11,008 nt of DNA from Myxococcota bacterium (lineage in GTDB: Bacteria; Myxococcota_A; UBA9160; PR03). Shown here piece after piece: positions 1-6,508 of the stretch (position 1 is its first letter; the number at the start of each line of letters is the position of its first letter). The notes beneath the pieces were generated by a model. That model searched no databases. It was not told where the DNA came from and saw only the letters and a program-made list of their open reading frames with translations. The stretch is from NCBI GenBank assembly GCA_041611735.1, contig JBFIML010000078.1, positions 1 through 11,008 of the forward strand, read 5' to 3'. Both the position numbers and the translations under genes were made by a program.

Positions 1-7
1 CGAGATT

Positions 8-374
8 TGGTGGAGGCGGCGGGAATCGAACCCGCGTCCGCATGGCGTCCAGCGCCCGCGTCTACGTACGTAGCTCCCGTCCGTTCTCGATACGGCCCGT
101 CACGGGAACGGGAGAAGCCGCATCCAGCCCCACGTGGTTCTCGTCCCCGGCTACGGTCGGGCGGCGCTCCGGGGACCAGCCTCCTGATGACGCCCGCGAC
201 CCCCCAGGAGGCGTCGGGGACGGACGTCGCTCACCTAGCGGTCAGCTAGGCAGCGAGAGCGTAGTTGTCGTCGGCAGTTGTAACCACCAACAACGGCCAC
301 CTGTTTCACGAGGGTTGTGGCGACCTCGGCACGCAGCGACCACCTTCGACCACCCGTCGAAGCCGATCGCCCCC
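8..374 (-). ncRNA. ssrA: tmRNA (transfer-messenger RNA), 367 nt
   Basis: The minus-strand 5' end GGGGGCGATCGGCTTCGAC starts at 374 and the 3' end GGACGCGGGTTCGATTCCCGCCGCCTCCACCA ends at 8. The 7-bp acceptor stem GGGGGCG/CGCCTCC has the G3.U alanine determinant; there is a T-loop GTTCGATTC, an encoded CCA, and an internal tag ORF ending ALAA-stop. Confidence 0.97.
246..275 (-). other. tmRNA proteolysis tag reading frame, (A)ADDNYALAA*
   Basis: The minus strand reads ...TACAACT GCC GAC GAC AAC TAC GCT CTC GCT GCC TAG. The resume codon GCC and C-terminal YALAA match known SsrA tags. Confidence 0.92.
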
Positions 375-383
375 ACGAACGAA

Positions 384-411
384 AACATATGCGTTCTCGG
401 GCGCCTGGCAA
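384..411 (-). promoter_or_regulatory. Putative sigma70-type promoter of ssrA
   Basis: Minus strand TTGCCA (411-406), 16-nt spacer, TATGTT (389-384), 9 nt upstream of the mature tmRNA 5' end; an AT-rich patch in GC-rich DNA. Confidence 0.6.
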
Positions 412-435
412 GCCCGGGCGGCGGGGGCGGCCGGC

Positions 436-464
436 TTCGCGCTTCCCCGCTGGGAGGGTATCCT
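436..464 (+). promoter_or_regulatory. Possible sigma70-type promoter of corA
   Basis: TTCGCG (436-441), 17 nt, TATCCT (459-464); the -35 match is weak. Confidence 0.3.
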
Positions 465-501
465 GGGGGGGCGTCCGGAGCCGATGCCCAGGAGCGCGCC
501 C

Positions 502-1572
502 ATGTTCCACAAGGAGAATCCTCCCGCCGGGTCGCGGCCGGGGACGCTCGCCATCCCGCCCGGCTCGCCGCCGCCCGAGATTTACGTGGTCGAGTACTCG
601 GCCGAGAGCGTCCGCCAGCGCCAGGTCGAGGACGTGGAGGAGCTGGCGAAGCTCCGGCGGAACGGCGTCCGCACCTGGGTGGACGTGCGTGGCCTCGGCG
701 ACGAGGCCGTGCTCTACCGCCTGGGCGAGCTCTTCGGCCTGCATCCCCTGGCGCTGGAGGACGCCGTGAACGTGCCCCAGCGCGCCAAGACCGAGGTCTA
801 CGAGCACCAGCAGGTGGTGATCGCCCGCATCCCCGCGCTGGACGACGACGGCCGCGTCCAGGTCCCCCAGGTCTGCCTGGTGATCGGACCCCACTACCTC
901 CTGACCTTCCAGGAACGCTACTTCGGCTTCTTCGAGCCGGTGCGGGAGCGCCTGCGGGTCGGGATCGGGCCGATCCGCCGCTCCGGGCCCGACTACCTGG
1001 CCTACGCCCTCGTGGACACGCTCATCGACCGCTACTTCCCCATTGCCGAGCGCCTGGCCCACGAGCTCGAGGAGCTCGAGGACCGGGTGGTGGAGAATCC
1101 GGAGCCGGAGGACCTGGCCTCGATCCACCGCATCCGGCGCCAGCTCTCCGTGATCCGCCGGGTGGGCTGGCCCCAGCGCGAGGCGATCCGCAGCCTGGTG
1201 CGCGACGAAACGCCCTTCGTGAGCGACGCCGTGCGCGTGTTCCTGCGCGACACGGAGAGTCACATCGCCCAGATCATGGAGCTGGTGGATTCCTCGCGCG
1301 AGATGGCCGTGGGTCTCACGGACATCTACCTCTCGACGGTGAGCCACCGCACCAACGAGGTGATGAAGGTGTTGACGCTCATGGCCAGCATCTTCATCCC
1401 GCTCACCTTCGTGGCGGGCATCTACGGCATGAACTTCGAGTACATGCCGGAGCTGCAGAGCCCGCGGGCCTACCCGCTGGTGCTGGTCATCATGGTCACC
1501 GTCGCCGCCGGGATGGTCCTGTACTTCCGGCGCCGGGGCTGGCTCGGCGGCCGGCGGCGCAAGAAGCACTGA
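502..1572 (+). CDS. corA: Magnesium/cobalt transporter CorA (356 aa)
   Basis: YGMNFEYMPEL signature between two C-terminal hydrophobic helices, plus LHPLALED and NEVMKVLT motifs. Start placed at ATG 502 after AGGAG (490-494); ATG 484 is an alternative. The track start at 265 lies inside the tmRNA. Confidence 0.93.
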   Translation: MFHKENPPAGSRPGTLAIPPGSPPPEIYVVEYSAESVRQRQVEDVEELAKLRRNGVRTWVDVRGLGDEAVLYRLGELFGLHPLALEDAVNVPQRAKTEVYEHQQVVIARIPALDDDGRVQVPQVCLVIGPHYLLTFQERYFGFFEPVRERLRVGIGPIRRSGPDYLAYALVDTLIDRYFPIAERLAHELEELEDRVVENPEPEDLASIHRIRRQLSVIRRVGWPQREAIRSLVRDETPFVSDAVRVFLRDTESHIAQIMELVDSSREMAVGLTDIYLSTVSHRTNEVMKVLTLMASIFIPLTFVAGIYGMNFEYMPELQSPRAYPLVLVIMVTVAAGMVLYFRRRGWLGGRRRKKH

Positions 1573-1610
1573 GGAACCGGGGCCCGGGCGCTCCGAGGGA
1601 GGACGATTCC

Positions 1611-2435
1611 ATGGCACAGCGTTTCCGCAACAAGACGGTCGTGATCACGGGCGCCTCGTCCGGGGTCGGCGCCGCGGCGGCCCGCCGCTTCGCCGCCGAG
1701 GGTGCCCGGGTGGTGCTGGCGGCCCGGGGCGCCGCGGCCCTGGAGGCCGTGGCCAAGGAGATCGGGGACGCGGCCCTGGCCGTCCCGGGTGACGTGTCCG
1801 ACCCGGAGGCGGCCGAGCGGCTGCTACGCCGGGCCCTGGAGCACTTCGGCGCCATCCATGTGCTGGTGAACAACGCGGCCGTGAACCACCGCGGACCCGT
1901 GGAAGCGGCCGACCCCGCGAACCTGGCCCAGATCGTGGACGTGAACCTGAAGGCCCCGATCGTGCTGACCCGTCTCGCCCTCCCCCACCTGCGCAAGGCA
2001 CCCCAGGCAGCCATCGTGAACGTGGCCTCCATCGCCGGCCAGGTGCCGCTCCCGGAAGAGGCCACCTACTCCGCCACCAAGTTCGGCCTGCGCGGCTTCA
2101 GCTACGCGCTGGCGGAGGAGCTGCGCGGCTCGAACGTGACGATCTCCCTGGTCTCGCCGGGGCCCATCGACACGGGCTTCATCAGCCGCGACCTGGACGC
2201 GGTGCCCGACATCGTCTTCTCCCAGCCCATGAGCAGCGCCGAGCAGGTGGCGGCCGCCGTCCTGGACTGCGCCGCGGACGGGCGCATGGAGCGCACGCTC
2301 CCGCGGACGACCGGGATGCTGGCGACGGTCGGCTACCTGATGCCGAGCCTGCCGCGGGCCATCCGGCCCATGCTGGAGCGGCAGGGCCGCCGGGCCAAGG
2401 CGCGCTACCGGGAGCGGGGCGACGGGGCTTCGTAG
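1611..2435 (+). CDS. Classical short-chain dehydrogenase/reductase (SDR), 274 aa
   Basis: VITGASSGVG Rossmann motif, VLVNNA, IVNVAS, catalytic YSATK and VSPGPIDT. GGAGG at 1598-1602 precedes ATG 1611. Confidence 0.93.
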   Translation: MAQRFRNKTVVITGASSGVGAAAARRFAAEGARVVLAARGAAALEAVAKEIGDAALAVPGDVSDPEAAERLLRRALEHFGAIHVLVNNAAVNHRGPVEAADPANLAQIVDVNLKAPIVLTRLALPHLRKAPQAAIVNVASIAGQVPLPEEATYSATKFGLRGFSYALAEELRGSNVTISLVSPGPIDTGFISRDLDAVPDIVFSQPMSSAEQVAAAVLDCAADGRMERTLPRTTGMLATVGYLMPSLPRAIRPMLERQGRRAKARYRERGDGAS

Positions 2436-3106
2436 CTCCGGCGCGGCATGAAATCGCCGCGGCCCGCGGGCGTGAGATCCAGGAAGTGCCAGAAGGGCGA
2501 GAGCAGGTCCATGCCCCGCCAGTGGCCTTCGCTCAGGTAGGCACTCCCGGAATAGAAGTGGCGCGGGCGGCCGTCGCGGCCGAGCGTGAAGACGCTGACC
2601 CCCGGATCCTGGCCGCCGTCCTCGTGCTCGAAGCCCAGATCGCGCTTGAAGGGGCCGTCGCCGCTCGAGAGCATGCGCAGCTTGTCCCAGCCACGCTCCC
2701 GCGCGTAGGAGCGGAAGGTCGCCAGGTCGCCCGCCACCACCACGCCGAAGTTCATGCGCTGGGAGAGGTGCGGAACCAGGCCGGCGTACCCGTCCGCCCA
2801 CAGGGTGCACATGGGACAGGGCTCGGCCACCTTCTTGCCGAACATGAAGTGGACCAGAACCAGGGGCCGGTCGCGACGCTCGAAGAGCTGCGAGAGGCGT
2901 ACCTCGCGCACGGGCTCGTCCCCGGCCCGGAGGTCGGGCGGCCCCTCGGTGAGCGCGTAGTCTTCGAGCGCCGTGTCGCGCGGCAGCTCGCGGCGCAGCG
3001 CGGCCACCCCCTCGAGCTGGTCCTTGAGCGTGATCTCCGCCTGCAGCAGCTCCTCGCGTCGCTTGGCGTACTCGGGGCTCTCGTCGGGAAGGCGTCCGTA
3101 GGCCAT
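2405..3106 (-). CDS. DUF899 family thioredoxin-like protein (233 aa)
   Basis: N-terminal ESPEYAKRREELLQAE...VAALRRELP, VRLSQLF, HFMFG, CPMC (CxxC) and C-terminal DLTPAGR, recognised as DUF899. Strong RBS GGAGGAGG at 3118-3111. Confidence 0.85.
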   Translation of the reverse strand: MAYGRLPDESPEYAKRREELLQAEITLKDQLEGVAALRRELPRDTALEDYALTEGPPDLRAGDEPVREVRLSQLFERRDRPLVLVHFMFGKKVAEPCPMCTLWADGYAGLVPHLSQRMNFGVVVAGDLATFRSYARERGWDKLRMLSSGDGPFKRDLGFEHEDGGQDPGVSVFTLGRDGRPRHFYSGSAYLSEGHWRGMDLLSPFWHFLDLTPAGRGDFMPRRSYEAPSPRSR

Positions 3107-3119
3107 GGGTCCTCCTCCA

Positions 3120-3557
3120 TCAGCGCGCCTTCAGGCGCGCCTCGAGATGATCCAGGACGTCGACCCAGCCGCTGCGGTGGCCGTCGTAGGCGTCGGTGTC
3201 CGGGAGCTCGTCGTGCACGAGGCGCAGGCGCGTGCGTCCCGCGCCGGCCGCCTGGAGGGTGAGCGACACGCGGGTGCGCTGCTCAGGCTCCGGCAGGAAC
3301 TCGGAAACCCAGCTGAAGACCAGCCGCTCCGAGGGCTCGATCTCCAGATACTGGCCCGTGTGCACGTACGGTCGCTCGCCCTGCATCACCACCCGGAAGC
3401 GCCCGCCCACGCGGAAGTCCAGCTCGACCTCGGCCCGCTGGATCTCGCCGGGACACAGGATGGCCGCCAGGCTCTCGGCGCTGCTCCACACGGCGAAGAC
3501 CGCCTCGGGCGGCGCCGGCAGCACCCGCTCGAGCTCGATGGCGGCGCGACCCGTCAA
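3120..3557 (-). CDS. SRPBCC / AHSA1-like (START-fold) ligand-binding protein (145 aa)
   Basis: APPEAVFAVWS, DFRVGGRFRVVM, GQYLEIEPSERLVFSW, TRLRLVH and GW..LDHL are typical of the Aha1-like SRPBCC family. The TTG start overlaps the upstream TGA stop (TTGA). Confidence 0.9.
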   Translation of the reverse strand: MTGRAAIELERVLPAPPEAVFAVWSSAESLAAILCPGEIQRAEVELDFRVGGRFRVVMQGERPYVHTGQYLEIEPSERLVFSWVSEFLPEPEQRTRVSLTLQAAGAGRTRLRLVHDELPDTDAYDGHRSGWVDVLDHLEARLKAR

Positions 3558-3940
3558 CGCCGCCCCCTCGCGCCGGGTCGGCGCAGGCTGCGTCGCCGCC
3601 GCGGGGTGGCGCGGGGACGCTGGCGCAGCAACGCCTCCAAGGCATCCATCCGCTCCTCCCAGAAGGCCCGATACGCCTCGGTCCAGCGGGCGGCGGCGCC
3701 CAGGGGCCCGGCGGACAGGTGGCAGCGGTGCTCGCGGCCGCGCACCTCGCGGCGCACCAGCCCCGCGCGCTCGAGCACGCGCACGTGCTTGGAGACCGCC
3801 GCCAGGCTGACGTCGAACGGCTCCGCCAGCTCGCCCACCGCAACGGCCCCGTTCCGCAGGCGCGCGAGGATGGCCCGCCGGGTGGGATCGGCAAGGGCGG
3901 CGAAGGTGCGGTCCAGATCGGTCCCGCGATATTCAACCAT
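3554..3940 (-). CDS. ArsR/SmtB family winged-helix transcriptional repressor (128 aa)
   Basis: FAALADPTRRAIL and VGELAEPFDVSLAAVSKHVRVLERAGLV; the pairing upstream of an SRPBCC gene is canonical. Confidence 0.93.
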   Translation of the reverse strand: MVEYRGTDLDRTFAALADPTRRAILARLRNGAVAVGELAEPFDVSLAAVSKHVRVLERAGLVRREVRGREHRCHLSAGPLGAAARWTEAYRAFWEERMDALEALLRQRPRATPRRRRSLRRPGARGRR

Positions 3941-3952
3941 CTGGTTTAATAT
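3929..3952. promoter_or_regulatory. Palindromic operator, probable ArsR autorepression site
   Basis: ATATTCAACCA-TC-TGGTTTAATAT: 11-bp arms with one mismatch, overlapping the ArsR ATG and the -10 box. Confidence 0.75.
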
Positions 3953-3977
3953 AGTCCGCAGCCTCGAACGACGTCAA
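3948..3977 (-). promoter_or_regulatory. sigma70-type promoter of the arsR operon
   Basis: Minus strand TTGACG (3977-3972), 18 nt, TATATT (3953-3948), then 7 nt to ATG 3940. Confidence 0.7.
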
Positions 3978-4094
3978 GCGGCGCTCTGCGGGACCGTCGC
4001 TGCCCGGACCCGGCGGTTCGCGATGAACGACGTGCGGTGGGCCGACTGGGACGAACGGGGCCGACTGCTGCTCCTCCTGTGATAGGATGGTTCG

Positions 4095-4916
4095 ATGCGC
4101 GCCTCCAGTCTCGCCCGTCGAGGATTCGCTGCGCTCGCGGCGGCCGCGATCCTGGCCGGGGCCCCGTGGGTCGGCGCCGATTCCGCCCGGGCGGCGACCC
4201 TCGCCTTCACGGGCACGCTCGCGCTCGACTTCCCGGGTACCGGCTATCCGAACGACGGGATCGTACCGATCGCCGGGGCGGGGCTCGCGCAGGTGACGGG
4301 AACGCCGCACCTGGGCTCGCTCCTCCTGCCCGCCGGTGTCTTCGGTCCCTTGACCACGGCCATCTCGAACTACGCCGGGACGGCCGCCGATCTGAGCCTG
4401 GTGGGGATCCAGAACCGCAGCGGGTCGTTCGCGGGCGGCTCTGGCACGATGGGATTCGACGGTACCGCCAAGATCTGTCTGATCTTCGACCTCTCGTGCA
4501 CCATCGTCTTCGTGCCGATGCCGATCCAGGCCACGGGGACGCCGGCGGTCGGGCTCGGGATCGGGGGCACCCAGATCGCGCCCGGTCCCGTCTCCATGAC
4601 GGCGCAGCACGCCCCGTGGACGCTCGGGCAGCCGGTGCTCGCGATCCACAACCCGATCTCGACCATTACCACGCCGGTGCTCGCCGGCGGCTTCGCCCAC
4701 GGGCCGGCCTCCGCCACCTCGACGAGCGCGTTGCCCAGCGGCGTCGTGCAGTTCGTCACGGCGAGCCGGGTCTTCACCAGCCTGACCGGGGCCTTCCCGG
4801 AGTTTCCGCTTTCCGCAACCCTGACGCTGCACTTCGTGCCCGAGCCCCGGATCCTGCTCCTACTGGGAAGTGCGGCCCTCCTACTCCGCGCGCTCGGGCG
4901 GCGCCGGAGGCCCTGA
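4095..4916 (+). CDS. PEP-CTERM sorting-domain surface protein (273 aa)
   Basis: N-terminal signal peptide (MRASSLARRGFAALAAAAILAG...ARA), a Gly/Thr/Pro-rich body, and C-terminal VPEP followed by hydrophobic ILLLLGSAALLL and basic RRRR. Confidence 0.88.
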   Translation: MRASSLARRGFAALAAAAILAGAPWVGADSARAATLAFTGTLALDFPGTGYPNDGIVPIAGAGLAQVTGTPHLGSLLLPAGVFGPLTTAISNYAGTAADLSLVGIQNRSGSFAGGSGTMGFDGTAKICLIFDLSCTIVFVPMPIQATGTPAVGLGIGGTQIAPGPVSMTAQHAPWTLGQPVLAIHNPISTITTPVLAGGFAHGPASATSTSALPSGVVQFVTASRVFTSLTGAFPEFPLSATLTLHFVPEPRILLLLGSAALLLRALGRRRRP

Positions 4917-5073
4917 CGCTCCGGCCGGGCCCGGTCCTCCAAACGGAATTCCACCCGCAGGCGGCGCATCTTCGGGCCCGATTGCCCCCCCGCTTGCCGA
5001 CTCTTTGGCCCAGGCCGGAGCTTTCTCGGTTACCATGGGGGCGCTTCGGGACACCCTGTAGAGGGAGGCATCC

Positions 5074-6501
5074 ATGTCGATCGGACAGATCCTGCTGGAC
5101 AGACACCTGCTCACCCCCGATCAGCTCGAACAGGCCCGCCGGCACCAGAAGCTGGCCGGATGCTCCCTCTCGGAGAGCTTCGTGATCCTGGGCTTCGTGG
5201 ACACGGAGCAACTCGAGGCCATCTATCACGAGCCGCCCCCGGTCCCGGACTCGGTGGCGGAGACCGGCCTCGACCTCCAGTTCCTGCTCGGCTTCGTGCT
5301 GCGCTGCATCTACGTGACCGGCCTCGAGACGATCCCCGACGTGGCGGAGTTCGTGAAGCTCCCGGCCGGGGTGCTGGACGAGGTCTTCGAGTCGGCGCGC
5401 AAGAAGCGCCTGCTGGCGGCGGCGGGCGTATTGCAGTCCGACTCCCGCATCATGCGCTACGTCATGACCGACGCCGGTCGGCAGCGGGCGCTCGAGGCCA
5501 TGGAGCAGTGTCAGTACGCGGGCCCGGCGCCGGTCCCCCTGGCGGACTATTGGGCCCAGCTCGAGAAGCAGTCCATTTCCCACGAGCGCGTGACCGCCGA
5601 CGACCTGGCCCGCAGCTTCGAGCACCTCGTGCTGCCCGCCGCCCTGCTGCGGCGCCTCGGACCCGGGGTGCGTTCCGGCAAGTCGTTGCTGCTCTACGGA
5701 GGCGTCGGGAACGGAAAGACGTCCATCGCAGAGGCGATCGGGAACGCCTTCCGCCACACCATCTACGTGCCTCACTGCATCTACGTGGACGGCCAGATCA
5801 TCAAGATCTTCGACCCGGCGGTGCACCAGAGAGCTTCGGTCACCGGGGGTGCGTCGCCGCAGCCTGCCGGCCCGCGCTGGGTCCGGTGCCAGCGGCCGGT
5901 GGTGATCACTGGCGGCGAGCTCACCATGGAGATGCTGGACCTCACGCTGGACCCCATCTCCAAGTACTACGAAGCGCCGTCCCACATCAAGGCGAACGGC
6001 GGGGTCTTCGTGATCGACGACTTCGGCCGCCAGCGGGTCCGCTCGGTGGACCTCCTGAACCGGTGGATCCTGCCCCTGGAGCGCCAGCAGGACTACCTGA
6101 CCCTCCACACTGGACAGAAGCTCCGGCTTCCGTTCGACCAGCTGGTGGTGTTCTCGACCAACCTGGCCCCCGAGCAGATGATGGACGCCGCCGCCCTGCG
6201 CCGCATCCCGTACAAGCTCCGCATCGACCCGCCGTCGCCCCACGATTACGCGGAGATCTTCCGACGTGTGTGCGACGCCCACCACATGGAGCTCCCGGGC
6301 GAGGTCCTGCAGCGGGTGATCGACGAGTTCTACCCGCGCACGCCCGGCAGCATGGAGCCGGCCGGCTACCAGCCGAAGCGCATCGTCGAGCACGTGCTCG
6401 CCTGCTGCAGCTTCGAAGGGTCCGAGCCGGAGCTCACCATGGACCGGGTGACGGACGCCCTCAAGAACCTGACGATCCACGAGGCGACCCCCGCGGTCTA
6501 G
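5074..6501 (+). CDS. AAA+ ATPase of the family often annotated 'ATPase with chaperone activity associated with Flp pilus assembly', with an N-terminal MshEN-like segment (475 aa)
   Basis: Walker A GGVGNGKT, Walker B VFVIDDFGRQ, sensor FSTN, Arg finger ALRRI, and family motifs ETGL, QYAGPAPVPL and GGELTMEMLDL. GGAGG precedes the ATG. The family assignment is from recall, not a search. Confidence 0.82.
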   Translation: MSIGQILLDRHLLTPDQLEQARRHQKLAGCSLSESFVILGFVDTEQLEAIYHEPPPVPDSVAETGLDLQFLLGFVLRCIYVTGLETIPDVAEFVKLPAGVLDEVFESARKKRLLAAAGVLQSDSRIMRYVMTDAGRQRALEAMEQCQYAGPAPVPLADYWAQLEKQSISHERVTADDLARSFEHLVLPAALLRRLGPGVRSGKSLLLYGGVGNGKTSIAEAIGNAFRHTIYVPHCIYVDGQIIKIFDPAVHQRASVTGGASPQPAGPRWVRCQRPVVITGGELTMEMLDLTLDPISKYYEAPSHIKANGGVFVIDDFGRQRVRSVDLLNRWILPLERQQDYLTLHTGQKLRLPFDQLVVFSTNLAPEQMMDAAALRRIPYKLRIDPPSPHDYAEIFRRVCDAHHMELPGEVLQRVIDEFYPRTPGSMEPAGYQPKRIVEHVLACCSFEGSEPELTMDRVTDALKNLTIHEATPAV

Positions 6502-6508
6502 CGCGGCT

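Noticed and set aside
8..40. tRNA gene suggested by the T-arm and CCA end
   Set aside because: The matching acceptor strand lies about 330 nt away at 368-374 and a tag ORF lies between, so this is tmRNA.
7..501. ORF 7..249 and the N-terminal extension of CorA from 265
   Set aside because: Both are antisense to the tmRNA and its promoter and show no protein-like features.
42..1610. 797-aa ORF as a giant SDR fusion
   Set aside because: The upstream 523 codons overlap the tmRNA and corA in another frame and read as low-complexity R/P/G/A; the SDR has its own RBS and ATG at 1611.
3554..3625. Arg-rich ArsR C-terminal tail as a functional module or frameshift
   Set aside because: It is consistent with GC-driven low-complexity extension, and the stop couples cleanly to the next gene's start.
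4930..5040. c-di-GMP-I riboswitch upstream of the MshEN-like ATPase
   Set aside because: Only fragments resemble it (GGTTACC on the plus strand, AAAGCTCCGGCCT on the minus strand); the GGCAAAC...GAAA...GACGCAAA core is not present on the sense strand.
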